This document shows, piece by piece, positions 40,713 to 48,729 of a DNA stretch of 48,729 bases (position 1 is the first letter of the stretch; the number at the start of each line of letters is the position of its first letter). The notes below the pieces were generated by a model, which had not been told where the DNA came from, did not search any database, and worked only from the letters and a program-made list of their open reading frames with translations. The stretch lies in contig CAYJOT010000001.1 in NCBI GenBank assembly GCA_964371935.1, positions 1-48,729 on the forward strand, written 5' to 3'. The stretch comes from an uncultured Candidatus Saccharibacteria bacterium (lineage in GTDB: Bacteria > Patescibacteriota > Minisyncoccia > Sungbacterales > HO2-52-23). The position numbers and the translations under genes were made by a program.

Positions 40713-41093
40713 CCGGTCCAGGTATGACTGCAGCACCAATGCCGCGGATGATTCGTCAACGTGCTCTTTGGCAACACCCGCGTCTTCAACTATCCGGCTC
40801 GAAAACATTTCATTTTCAAATTCAATGGGAATACTGGTTTTAGCGGCAAGCTCTTTAGCAAACTCCCGTACGCGTCCCGACTCCTCTGTCTCGCCGCCAT
40901 CCATCCCAAGCGGAAGTCCTATCACAATCATCGTATCAACCTTTTCCTGTTTGACAAGCGCCAAAATTTGATCCAGCACAAACGTATTTCCCCTTCGATG
41001 AATCACACCATGGGGAAACCCAATCCGCCCTCCCACATCAGACAGTGCCACCCCGATCTGCTTTGTCCCATAGTCAATCCCAAGATACCGCAT
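40701..41093 (-). CDS. ruvX: Holliday junction resolvase-like nuclease RuvX/YqgF
   Basis: The N-terminus is MRYLGIDYGTKQIGVALSD. Length 130 aa. Confidence 0.9.
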   Translation of the reverse strand: MRYLGIDYGTKQIGVALSDVGGRIGFPHGVIHRRGNTFVLDQILALVKQEKVDTMIVIGLPLGMDGGETEESGRVREFAKELAAKTSIPIEFENEMFSSRIVEDAGVAKEHVDESSAALVLQSYLDRKKT

Positions 41094-41161
41094 AGCTACT
41101 ATTTTACACCCAATTTCCTAAAAAGAAAAAAATTGTAGATATACATAATTGCGACATTTCT

Positions 41162-41758
41162 TTATGACAACCTCTCCCGCATCTTTATAATTTCTTCAAA
41201 CTCCGGCTCGTTCGGAGAAATTAGGTCAAGGACCTTTTTTAATTCAGCACGGGCATGACTCAAGGACGCTTCAGACGTATGATGCCGCATTTTCTGTTCA
41301 AAATCAGAGATTAAAAAAGCAATATTTCTAAGTGGGTGAAAAAAGACTCGATTCGATTTCGTGCGCTCCTTATAATAGTTATTCTCCTCATTCTTCTTCT
41401 CGTAGACATCAGTGGCCGGTCCTATATCTACTATATAGAAGTTGTCCTCCGTTTCATTTGCTCGATGTCCAAACACAATTTGTTCACCATTTACATCCCA
41501 AAGAAACTCTCCCCCGTCACAGTATATATCACCATAGAAGCGCGCGAGGGAGGCAAGGAATGTGTCAAACTTTTCTTTCTATTGTTGCAACCTTTCGCCT
41601 CGCCATATACCCGGTGTAACAGTGTTTAGATTATTTCCGTGGATCTTTTCAACTGTCACATACATCCCCGTCTTACCCCCTTCGTCCTTCCCAATAAAGG
41701 ACTCAAAGTTCAGGCTTCTTATGCCATAATGCTCCCTTAGAAAAAGGTTCCTGATTAC
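41162..41758 (-). pseudogene. Hypothetical gene interrupted by an in-frame TAG; only a GTG-initiated 104-codon 3' part remains open
   Basis: A single frame reads ...GKTGMYVTVEKIHGNNLNTVTPGIWRGERLQQ, then TAG (41581-41579), then KEKFDTFLASLARFYGDIYCDGGEFLWDVNGEQIVFGHRANE... Confidence 0.5.
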
Positions 41759-41817
41759 TTACAAAATTTTCCATATAATTGACAAGGGGGTTAGATACAA
41801 GCTCCCTCTGTATAATT

Positions 41818-42210
41818 TTATCCCGCAAGAAGTCCGAACTTCCGGTAAAACTTATCAAACGAGAGAATGGCATCAATCCCATGTATCCTTGCAACGGCGA
41901 CATTGCAACAATCGATCCATGATATGCCTTTTGATTTTTGAGAAAGAAAAACCTCATCCGCTTCATCGACAATGCTCTGACTCAATGACAGCTCAAAGAA
42001 GTTCTTCGCCCTGGCCGCCTTGAGGAAATTTTTTGCAGCGGTATGCGACACTTTATATGACAACACCGTTGCTGTCTCCGGTATGCCAAACGGAGTAACA
42101 AAAAGAGCCGCATCTTGCAACTCATTTGTCTTTGTAAGCGCCACTCGATGGTTCGCATCATCTTCCTTTACAAGCGCAATAAAAAAATCAGCGTCAATGA
42201 GCAATTTCAT
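41818..42210 (-). CDS. vapC: PIN-domain toxin (VapC-like)
   Basis: The protein begins MKLLIDADFFIAL and carries SWIDCCNVAVA and ILSFDKFY, with conserved acidic residues. It forms an ATGA overlap with the upstream small gene. Confidence 0.8.
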   Translation of the reverse strand: MKLLIDADFFIALVKEDDANHRVALTKTNELQDAALFVTPFGIPETATVLSYKVSHTAAKNFLKAARAKNFFELSLSQSIVDEADEVFLSQKSKGISWIDCCNVAVARIHGIDAILSFDKFYRKFGLLAG

Positions 42211-42440
42211 AGATCATATAAATAATCCCGCAATCTGCTCGAGAGATCATGCGGCCCCCCCTTAATTTTGAGCTGTGCCATATCCAACAACGCTTCCCGT
42301 CCAGTAAAAAACGTGCTCTTTTGTCTACCTACAAGCGATTGGAGCGCTCCCTCCACCCTTTTTTTTTCCCGCACCAGTTGCTCGTAGCTCTTTTTGAAAA
42401 TGTGTCGTGCCATCTTTGTTTCTTTTGTTTCTACAGCCAT
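42207..42440 (-). CDS. Putative antitoxin of the VapC-like toxin
   Basis: A 77-aa ORF translationally coupled to the PIN gene. The assignment rests on gene context. Confidence 0.6.
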   Translation of the reverse strand: MAVETKETKMARHIFKKSYEQLVREKKRVEGALQSLVGRQKSTFFTGREALLDMAQLKIKGGPHDLSSRLRDYLYDL

Positions 42441-42464
42441 AAGACTACTTTATCAAACTATGTC

Positions 42465-43232
42465 CTACTTTGTCAAAACCTCCACCCCGTCTTTTGTCAC
42501 CGCAATGGTGTGCTCAAAGTGCGCGGCAAGGGAGCCGTCTGCGGTCTTATACGTCCACGCGTCCTTTTGCAACACTACGCGCCAAGTGCCGAGGGTTGCC
42601 ATGGGCTCAATGGCGATGACCATGCCCTCTTTGAGTTCCGGACCAGTGCGGGGCGACCCAAAATTAGGGATGAAGGGGTCTTCGTGAAGTTTGTAGCCAA
42701 CGCCATGTCCGGCAAGATCGCGGATAATGCCGAGGTGATCTTTTTTGAGCCGCTGCTCTACTGCGTAGCCAATATCGCCGATGTGCCCTCCGGGACGCAC
42801 GGCTGCGATCCCCAGATCAAGCGATTCTTTTGTGGCGGCTATCATGCGCTCGATCTCGGCTGACACTTTCCCTACTCCAACCGTAACCGCCATGTCCGTG
42901 CATAATTTTTTCCACCATATACCAATGTCCAGACTGACCACATCGCCCTCGCGTAAAATTTTGTCTTTGACCGGAATCGCATGCACCACCTCGTCATTGA
43001 CCGAGACGCATATCGTAGCCGGATACGGAGTATGTATGCCAACCGCGCGGTATCCCTTAAACGAAGGAATGCCGCCGGATTCTATGATCAGGCGTTCGGC
43101 AAGAGTATCAAGATCAAATGTCGAAATACCGGGCGCAACTGCGGCCGCGACCCGCGCTAAAACAAGCGCGAGGCGCTTTCCACCCTCACGCAAAGTATCA
43201 ATCTCTTCTATTGTCTTTATAGTGATGGCCAT
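42465..43232 (-). CDS. map: Methionine aminopeptidase type I
   Basis: A 255-aa ORF that is MetAP-like over its full length (VVHAIP, DVVSLDIG, GHGVGYKLHEDP, IAIEPM). Confidence 0.92.
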   Translation of the reverse strand: MAITIKTIEEIDTLREGGKRLALVLARVAAAVAPGISTFDLDTLAERLIIESGGIPSFKGYRAVGIHTPYPATICVSVNDEVVHAIPVKDKILREGDVVSLDIGIWWKKLCTDMAVTVGVGKVSAEIERMIAATKESLDLGIAAVRPGGHIGDIGYAVEQRLKKDHLGIIRDLAGHGVGYKLHEDPFIPNFGSPRTGPELKEGMVIAIEPMATLGTWRVVLQKDAWTYKTADGSLAAHFEHTIAVTKDGVEVLTK

Positions 43233-43843
43233 TTGTCTCCCAACCGCTCGCCCAACATGCGATCAATCTGTTTCCACACCTCGTCGGGCGGCACATTGCC
43301 GTCAATCTTGATTAGTCGTTCGTGCTCTTCATAGTAGTCAACCACGGGCATGACATCTTCATAAAAAAATTGCATCCGGCTGCGGATCGCCTCTGGCGTA
43401 TCATCGGCCCTGCCACCACCACGGTTGAGCAGACGACGAATCGCCTCTTCCTCATCTACATCTATATAGATACAGACAGGGAGGGGTCGCCCATGCCATG
43501 ACATAACATCGTCAAGAAATTTTGCCTCTACTAAGCGTCGTGGTGTTCCATCCCCAATCATGTGTTTGTCGGCATGGCCATGCTCAATAATTTCACGAAG
43601 CCAGACAAACATTGGAAACCACCATGGGTAAAGTTTTCCTTTCTCGTCAACAGAGAGTCGGATAATCTCGGTTGTAGGATTTTTGAGCGTTAGCAACTCG
43701 CGCAAAAACCTCCCGGTTTCCATATGAAAAACACCCTGCGATTCAAGCCGCTCCAGCATAAACTTGGCCTGCGTACCCTTGCCGCATCCGGAACGACCTA
43801 CAAAACAAAACGTGAATTTGTCAGATAAGGAGTTGGTATTCAT
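43217..43843 (-). CDS. adk: Adenylate kinase-like nucleoside monophosphate kinase
   Basis: The P-loop is GRSGCGKGTQ, and DGTPRR is present. It occupies the canonical secY-adk-map position. Confidence 0.8.
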   Translation of the reverse strand: MNTNSLSDKFTFCFVGRSGCGKGTQAKFMLERLESQGVFHMETGRFLRELLTLKNPTTEIIRLSVDEKGKLYPWWFPMFVWLREIIEHGHADKHMIGDGTPRRLVEAKFLDDVMSWHGRPLPVCIYIDVDEEEAIRRLLNRGGGRADDTPEAIRSRMQFFYEDVMPVVDYYEEHERLIKIDGNVPPDEVWKQIDRMLGERLGDKWPSL

Positions 43844-43861
43844 AATAAATACGGCTACAGA

Positions 43862-44107
43862 TCATTCAGCATAAAAATGAGGATTCAATTCCGACTCCGG
43901 TATGTACCGCGATCCTTGGCGATAGATTGCATGAAGTGTTCCTCTATCCAACTCCGGATGATTGGCAATGGTCAGGGTTTGTCTGGAGCCGTTGGGAAGA
44001 ATCTTTCGCAACTTAACATGACTTCCGCGTTGGGAAGCCATTTCAAAACCAAAAGAATAAAATATCTTTATAACCTCTTCGCCGGAAAGAGTTTTAAGCC
44101 GCGGCAT
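43862..44107 (-). CDS. hicA: HicA-family mRNA interferase toxin
   Basis: It carries LSGEEVIKIFYSFGFEMASQRGSHVKLRK...HPELDRGTLHAIYRQ. Confidence 0.8.
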   Translation of the reverse strand: MPRLKTLSGEEVIKIFYSFGFEMASQRGSHVKLRKILPNGSRQTLTIANHPELDRGTLHAIYRQGSRYIPESELNPHFYAE

Positions 44108-44327
44108 ATACTCTTGGCTCTAATTCGAAACTTGCAAGTACGGACGGCCTTTCAATCAAACCAAAGTCGGCAAGATTTTCTCCCTCCAGCTGTAGACAGA
44201 GCGCCTCTCCCAGATTTTCCATAAGCTCATCAAGAGTTTTTCCCTGTGTTATCACCGGCAAATCAATACATTCTGCCACAAAGTAGTTTTCACCTTTTGA
44301 AACATATACCTGAATGATTCTTTTCAT
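44094..44327 (-). CDS. hicB: HicB-like antitoxin (short UPF0150-type)
   Basis: The protein is MKRIIQVYVSKGENYFVAECIDLPVITQGKTLDELMENLGEAL. It overlaps hicA by 14 nt. Confidence 0.75.
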   Translation of the reverse strand: MKRIIQVYVSKGENYFVAECIDLPVITQGKTLDELMENLGEALCLQLEGENLADFGLIERPSVLASFELEPRVYAAA

Positions 44328-44374
44328 AGTGACAGCAGTATAGCACATAAACCTTAAGAAATCAACAAGAAGGG

Positions 44375-45646
44375 TTAAATCCGCTCGTACTCGCGCGTGA
44401 CGAGTTGCGCCTCGATCTGTTTGATGGTTTCAAGCACGACCGAGACCACGATGAGGAGGGCGGTGCCGCCAAGCGTGAGCGACTGTATCCGAAACACACT
44501 CTGAACCATCAGCGGCAAAACCGCGACAATGCCGAGAAAAAGTCCGCCGGCAAGCGTAATGCGGTTGAGAATATATGAAAGCATTTCCGAAGTGGGCCTG
44601 CCCGGGCGCACGCCAAGGATAAAGCCGCCCTGTTTCTGGATATTTTCGGCGATTGAATTCGGATCAAACGTAACCGCGGTATAAAAGTAAGTAAACGCGA
44701 AGACGAGCACAAAGTAAATAAGGCCGTAGACCAACTGATTGTTGAGAATCTCCAAGAGCATGGCCGAGATTTTCTGAACGATTGGATTGGATGCGCCCGC
44801 GAGGAAGCTGCCGACAAGGCCGGGAAAAAGCAGCAGGGAGATCGCGAATATAATCGGAATAACTCCTGCCTGGTTTACGCGCAGCGGCAAATGAGTGGAC
44901 ACGCCCCCGTACATGCGCTGCCCGCGGATACGCTTGGCGTACGAGACCGGCACGTTGCGCTGGCCTTCGGAAATGATCACCACGCCCGCGATCACGACCA
45001 ACGACGCCACCAGAAACGCCAGATATGCAGGCAGCTTATCCGGAGTGAAATTAAAAAGTTCCTGCCGCAGATCGCGCGGAATGCTCGATACAATACCCGC
45101 GAATATGATGAGCGAGACTCCGTTGCCGATGCCCTTTTCGGTGATCAGCTCGCCAAGCCACATAAGAAGCATACTGCCGGCTGTCGCAACAATCATGTTG
45201 GTCGCGTATCCGAATACACCGATATCACCGAGTACATTCTGACGGGCAAGCAATACCAGAAGTCCGTAGGACTGGAGAAGTGCGAGCGGCACCGCGAGCA
45301 GACGGGAGTACTGATTGAAGCGGGCACGTCCGGCTTCACCCTCTTCCTTGTACATTTCTTTGAACCTCGGCACAACCATGGTCAAGAGCTGCATAATAAT
45401 GGATGCCGTGATAAAAGGGCCAACGCCAAGCATCACAATCGAGAGATTATCCAAGGCGCCGCCGGAGAAGATATTGAAAAGCCCAAAAAACTGGTTTCCG
45501 GCAATAAAATCCTTAAGCCGACTGACATCAACCCCAGGAACCGGAATCGCGGCCGCGACACGGAAGAGCACCAGCACGCCTAATATGAAGAACACCTTCT
45601 TGCGAAGATCAGGAATCCGGAATAACATGGTGAGTTTATCGAACAT
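44375..45646 (-). CDS. secY: Preprotein translocase subunit SecY
   Basis: The N-terminus is MFDKLTMLFRIPDLRKKVFFILGVLVLFRV, and the protein is a 10-TM SecY. The start was set at the ATG at 45646, because the ORF-track TTG start lies in a repeat. Confidence 0.93.
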   Translation of the reverse strand: MFDKLTMLFRIPDLRKKVFFILGVLVLFRVAAAIPVPGVDVSRLKDFIAGNQFFGLFNIFSGGALDNLSIVMLGVGPFITASIIMQLLTMVVPRFKEMYKEEGEAGRARFNQYSRLLAVPLALLQSYGLLVLLARQNVLGDIGVFGYATNMIVATAGSMLLMWLGELITEKGIGNGVSLIIFAGIVSSIPRDLRQELFNFTPDKLPAYLAFLVASLVVIAGVVIISEGQRNVPVSYAKRIRGQRMYGGVSTHLPLRVNQAGVIPIIFAISLLLFPGLVGSFLAGASNPIVQKISAMLLEILNNQLVYGLIYFVLVFAFTYFYTAVTFDPNSIAENIQKQGGFILGVRPGRPTSEMLSYILNRITLAGGLFLGIVAVLPLMVQSVFRIQSLTLGGTALLIVVSVVLETIKQIEAQLVTREYERI

Positions 45647-45662
45647 AATGGGGAAAAGTCCT

Positions 45663-45767
45663 AATGTCAAATTCCAAATGACAAATCAACGACTAAAGCC
45701 CAAAATCCAAAACAATTTTTTGATATTTAGATTTTGGATTTGATTTGATATTTGAGCTTTGATATTT
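45663..45767. repeat. Inverted pair of AT-rich repeat units filling the L15-secY spacer
   Basis: AATGTCAAATTCCAAATGACAAATCAA...CAAAATCCAAAAC faces TAGATTTTGGATTTGATTTGATATTTGAGCTTTGATATTT. It belongs to the same word family as 32976-33020. Confidence 0.75.
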
Positions 45768-46179
45768 ATGCGTTCAGTTTCGCCGATACTTTTTTAGAAA
45801 ACAGCACATTTTTAAACGTGAACTTGCGAGTAATCTCCCCTCTGCCTAAAATTTTTACTTTTGGCATTCTGCCTTTTTTCTTATGAATCATGCCTGCCTT
45901 GAGCAGCGTTTCCGGAGAAATCAAGTCGCCCGGCTTCATTTTTTGTTCAAGCATATCAAAATTGATCACGACTGGCCGCTCCTGGAATGATCTAAAGCGA
46001 TAGCCGCGCAGTTTCGGGATGCGCTTAAGCGTATCGCGCTCTTCGGGCCGCCGCTTTCCCCCGGCGCGGGCCAGCAGACCTTTGGTACCGCGCCCGGAAA
46101 ACGTCCCGCGCTTTCCGCCGCGGCCGACGCGCTTTTTCCGGTGCAATTTTGTTTTGGGTTGAAGAGTGTTGATTTGCAT
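45766..46179 (-). CDS. rplO: 50S ribosomal protein L15
   Basis: It carries KKRVGRGGKRGTFSGRGTKG. Confidence 0.92.
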   Translation of the reverse strand: MQINTLQPKTKLHRKKRVGRGGKRGTFSGRGTKGLLARAGGKRRPEERDTLKRIPKLRGYRFRSFQERPVVINFDMLEQKMKPGDLISPETLLKAGMIHKKKGRMPKVKILGRGEITRKFTFKNVLFSKKVSAKLNA

Positions 46180-46192
46180 AGTATGGATTAAT

Positions 46193-46236
46193 TTTCCAGA
46201 CTAAGTCTGGAATGCTTTCCAGACTTAGTCTGGAAA
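46193..46236. repeat. 44-nt double-hairpin element, copy 2, in the S5-L15 spacer
   Basis: The sequence is TTTCCAGACTAAGTCTGGAATGCTTTCCAGACTTAGTCTGGAAA. Its right end encodes the last residues (NFPD) and the stop of S5. Confidence 0.9.
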
Positions 46237-46725
46237 ATTACCCTTCTGTCTCAGTTTCTTCAACGCCTCCATGGTTGCACGGGCGTTATTGAGCTTATTT
46301 GGAGTGCGGCTCAAGATTTTTGCCGTAATGTGCCTGATGCCGGCCAAGTCCGCTACAATGCGGATCGGCCCTCCGGCCACAAGTCCTCGTCCCCCCCGGC
46401 CGGGCTTGAGCAGCACCCGGGCCGCGGATGACTTGCCGTCAACCTCATAGGGAATCGTCCGGGTCTTGGTACCCGGAATGACCAGCATGTCTTTCTTCGC
46501 TTTTGCCACTGCTTTTTCCACGGCGCTTGACACGTCAGCGCCCTTGCCCATGCCAAGCCCGACTTTCCCGTTGCGGTTGCCGATGACTACGGATGCGCGA
46601 AAGCTAAACCGCCGTCCGCCAGCCACCACGCGCGCGGTTCTGCGGATATCCAAAACCTTCTGATCATATTCAGGTTTTTCCCTCCGGGGTCCTCCTCCTT
46701 GTCTTCGCTCGTTTGGTTGACGCAT
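46225..46725 (-). CDS. rpsE: 30S ribosomal protein S5
   Basis: It carries RTARVVAGGRRFSFRASVVIGN and GLGMGKGADV. Confidence 0.93.
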   Translation of the reverse strand: MRQPNERRQGGGPRREKPEYDQKVLDIRRTARVVAGGRRFSFRASVVIGNRNGKVGLGMGKGADVSSAVEKAVAKAKKDMLVIPGTKTRTIPYEVDGKSSAARVLLKPGRGGRGLVAGGPIRIVADLAGIRHITAKILSRTPNKLNNARATMEALKKLRQKGNFPD

Positions 46726-46734
46726 AGTAACGTA

Positions 46735-46824
46735 ATATCAAATGATAAATTTCAAATTACAAATAAATGGTGATCTTGACGTTTTAATCTGTTTTGTCAT
46801 TTAAAATTTGACATTTGTAATTTT
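46735..46824. repeat. Inverted pair of AT-rich repeat units filling the L18-S5 spacer
   Basis: ATATCAAATGATAAATTTCAAATTACAAAT faces TTTTGTCATTTAAAATTTGACATTTGTAATTTT, with AAATTACAAAT pairing ATTTGTAATTT. Confidence 0.75.
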
Positions 46825-47191
46825 ATAATTTCAGTCCTCCTTTGCGCGCTCCTTCCGCAATTGCCCTAACCAGGCCGTGATACCGGTATCCGCCGCGGTC
46901 GAACACGACTGTACTGATTTTTTTCTCCACGGCCATGCCGGCAAGTTTCTCGCCAGCGGCAGCGGCCGCCATGGTTCTTTGCATTGGTTTGCTTTTTGAT
47001 TTTGCGCCGTTCAGATCACGCGTACCCACCGCAACAAGCGTATGCCCGGTTTCATCGTCAATCAACTGCGTCCATACATAGCGGTTTGACCGGAATACAG
47101 AAAGTCGCGGGCGGATGCCTGTTCCTTTGACCCGGCTTCGAATGCGCCCATGCCGACGCGCTCGTTTTTCTTTGTTGGAAGTTGTCTTCAT
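46823..47191 (-). CDS. rplR: 50S ribosomal protein L18
   Basis: It carries RPRLSVFRSNRYVWTQLIDD and YHGLVRAIAEGARKGGLKL. Confidence 0.93.
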   Translation of the reverse strand: MKTTSNKEKRARRHGRIRSRVKGTGIRPRLSVFRSNRYVWTQLIDDETGHTLVAVGTRDLNGAKSKSKPMQRTMAAAAAGEKLAGMAVEKKISTVVFDRGGYRYHGLVRAIAEGARKGGLKL

Positions 47192-47193
47192 AA

Positions 47194-47730
47194 TTATGTC
47201 CCGGATTTTTTTCCCTGCTTGCGCCGGATCACTTCGCCGCGATAATGGATACCCTTGCCTTTGTACGGTTCCGGTTTTTTCAGCGCCCGGATCCGCGCGG
47301 CAACTTCCCCGACCTTGGCTTTGTCAACGCCGGATACGGTAATAACATTGCGCTCAACCTCAAACTGAATCCCTTCGGGTGCGGAAACGCGCACCGGATG
47401 CGAAAACCCGAGCTGCATGAGCAGACCAGTACCCTCCATGGCAACGCGATAGCCGATCCCGTCAAGCTCAAGCTTTTTTTCAAACCCTTTGGTAGCGCCC
47501 TCAACCATGTTGGCGATCAGCGAACGGTATAACCCCCACAATGCAGCCGATTGCTTATTTTCCAGCCGAGGCAATACCTGCGCCTCATTGTTTTCAAACG
47601 TGATATGCATATCTGGATGCAAGAGCAGCGACAGTTCGCCCTTAGGTCCTTTGACGATAACCGAACGGTCCGCAATCGTCATGGTTGCGTTTGCCGGAAC
47701 GAAAATTGGTTTTTTGCCGATTCGTGACAT
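47194..47730 (-). CDS. rplF: 50S ribosomal protein L6
   Basis: The N-terminus is MSRIGKKPIFVP and EPYKGKGIHY is present. Confidence 0.93.
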   Translation of the reverse strand: MSRIGKKPIFVPANATMTIADRSVIVKGPKGELSLLLHPDMHITFENNEAQVLPRLENKQSAALWGLYRSLIANMVEGATKGFEKKLELDGIGYRVAMEGTGLLMQLGFSHPVRVSAPEGIQFEVERNVITVSGVDKAKVGEVAARIRALKKPEPYKGKGIHYRGEVIRRKQGKKSGT

Positions 47731-47742
47731 AGATTTCTTATA

Positions 47743-48129
47743 CTACCATATCTCCGCAATAAGCTGCCCGCCGACTTTCTCCTTGTGCGCTTCCGCGCTC
47801 GACAGTATTCCTTTGGGAGTCGTCAGCAGCATAATGCCTCCGTGCGCCGGCCGGTGAAGTTCGCGATACGAGGCATAGAGGCGCCTGCTCGGTTTTGAGA
47901 TCAGCTTCACTTGCGTAATCGCCGGCTTGCCCTCCGGATAGAGCAGCTGCACATCCAGAATCTTTCGCACGCGCTTGCCTTTCCGCTCGCTTGCGCCCAC
48001 CATACCGGAACGCTCAAGCGCCCGCGCAATCTCATGCTTCATCCGCGAATACGGAATACGCACCATTTCCTGCTTGGCTCGTTGCGCATTCTTGATTCGG
48101 ATAAACATATCTGATATCGGATCGTTCAT
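47743..48129 (-). CDS. rpsH: 30S ribosomal protein S8
   Basis: The N-terminus is MNDPISDMFIRIKNA and the C-terminus is GGQLIAEIW. Confidence 0.93.
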   Translation of the reverse strand: MNDPISDMFIRIKNAQRAKQEMVRIPYSRMKHEIARALERSGMVGASERKGKRVRKILDVQLLYPEGKPAITQVKLISKPSRRLYASYRELHRPAHGGIMLLTTPKGILSSAEAHKEKVGGQLIAEIW

Positions 48130-48136
48130 GCTGTTG

Positions 48137-48168
48137 TATCGTTTTACGTTCTACGTTTTATGTTTTCG
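48137..48168. repeat. CGTTTTA-type short tandem repeat tract, locus 2 (S14-S8 spacer)
   Basis: The sequence is TATCGTTTTACGTTCTACGTTTTATGTTTTCG. It shares 12- and 13-mers with 40676-40712. Confidence 0.75.
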
Positions 48169-48169
48169 C

Positions 48170-48355
48170 CTACCATGAAGCTTTTTTGATTCCTGGAATT
48201 TCCCCGCTGTTTGCAAGCTCGCGAAAACAGATACGGCACAGGCCGAAATCTCCCAGATAGCCGCGCTTTCTGCCGCACCGAAAACAACGGCGGACCACGC
48301 GTGACTTGAATTTCGGCTTTTTAAGCGCTCGCGCAATAACTGATTTTTTTGCCAT
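48170..48355 (-). CDS. rpsN: 30S ribosomal protein S14, zinc-binding type Z (61 aa)
   Basis: The protein is [46 protein letters not shown]. The start was set at the ATG at 48355. Confidence 0.92.
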   Translation of the reverse strand: MAKKSVIARALKKPKFKSRVVRRCFRCGRKRGYLGDFGLCRICFRELANSGEIPGIKKASW

Positions 48356-48368
48356 AATACTCTGGATT

Positions 48369-48729
48369 CTAGATTCCGGACTCTGGATTCTGGAGGGGAA
48401 ACCCCAGCAGGCGCAGGAGTTCAATGCCCTCTTCGGCCGTGCGTGCCGTGGTTACCACGGTCACCTCAAACCCAAAAAGAACGTGATAATCCTCGCCCAT
48501 CATTTCAGGGAATATGATATGCTCCTTGATGCCGATAGTCAAATTGCCTTTCTGGTCAAATGATTTTTCATCAAGCCCCCTGAAATCCCGCGTGCGAGGC
48601 AGTCCCACATCAATCAGGCGGATCAGAAAGTCATACATGCGCGTTCCCCGCAGCGTTACCTGATACCCAATAATGAGACCCTTGCGTGTCTTAAAGGACG
48701 CAATGGCTTTTTTGGCAGCCCGGGGAGCG
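48369..48729 (-). CDS. rplE: 50S ribosomal protein L5, 3' part (the 5' end lies beyond the window end)
   Basis: The frame stays open to the window edge (...[40 protein letters not shown]...). The tail PLQNPESGI runs into a CTCTGGATTCT direct repeat. Confidence 0.9.
   Translation of the reverse strand, partial: APRAAKKAIASFKTRKGLIIGYQVTLRGTRMYDFLIRLIDVGLPRTRDFRGLDEKSFDQKGNLTIGIKEHIIFPEMMGEDYHVLFGFEVTVVTTARTAEEGIELLRLLGFPLQNPESGI

Noticed and set aside
41094-41110. Leaderless promoter for ruvX (TAAAAT 7 nt before the ATG)
   Set aside because: The -35 region is only a T-run and there is no correctly spaced TG, so the evidence is too weak to list as a feature.
41703-41972. 89-aa minus-strand ORF
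   Set aside because: Its 5' two-thirds overlap the 3' end of the PIN-domain gene in another frame. Only its tail may belong to the frameshifted 5' end of the TAG-interrupted pseudogene.
1-48729. Alternative genetic code (UGA or UAG reassignment, as in some CPR lineages)
   Set aside because: Conserved genes read through without in-frame TGA, TAG or TAA. All three codons terminate well-aligned proteins, for example the ATGA overlaps, TAG after GH1 and L5, and TAA after the NDH-2-like gene. The two in-frame stops (13476-13478 and 41579-41581) sit in accessory genes that look decayed.

Overview
This 48.7-kb chromosomal window is read by eye as a Candidate Phyla Radiation (Patescibacteria/Parcubacteria-like) bacterium. 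The taxonomic call is an inference from an interrupted 16S gene, an spc-type ribosomal operon with no L30 gene, compact overlapping genes and dense small repeats. Gene content, mostly minus strand: the 5' part of a 16S rRNA gene (1-1108) with two insertions; a GH1/GT2/membrane-GH sugar operon; rpsP-KH-trmD; smc; L32-nusB-rnc; rnhB and dnaE; thrS-miaA; a wall/envelope operon (Wzy-TPR protein, murJ, lepA); RNase P RNA; rnhA, a PD-(D/E)XK nuclease and pgk; an NDH-2-like gene; tpiA-galT-GT2-ruvX; and L5-S14-S8-L6-L18-S5-L15-secY-adk-map. Accessory content: HicAB, VapBC, a RelE-type toxin killed by one nonsense codon, a decayed IS30 copy, several other pseudogenes, and an orphan two-gene cassette. 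Leads that the ORF track cannot show: (1) a 21-codon leader ORF with six consecutive Thr codons, embedded in mutually exclusive hairpins and ending in a U-tract terminator, which looks like a thr-type attenuator in front of a SerB/ThrH-like HAD gene. (2) Seven 40-50-bp palindromes centred on CGATCG at operon boundaries. Two paralogous winged-helix/Cas2-fold (PaaX-like) genes are each bracketed by their own variant, and other copies abut the -35 of the 16S and RNase P RNA promoters. (3) An ORF-less group I intron at 16S site U516, plus a helix-9 expansion. (4) Several small repeat families that sit at cistron junctions, supply gene termini, or are inserted in frame in coding sequence. Gene starts, promoters and RNA structures were assigned by eye without tools and need computational confirmation.
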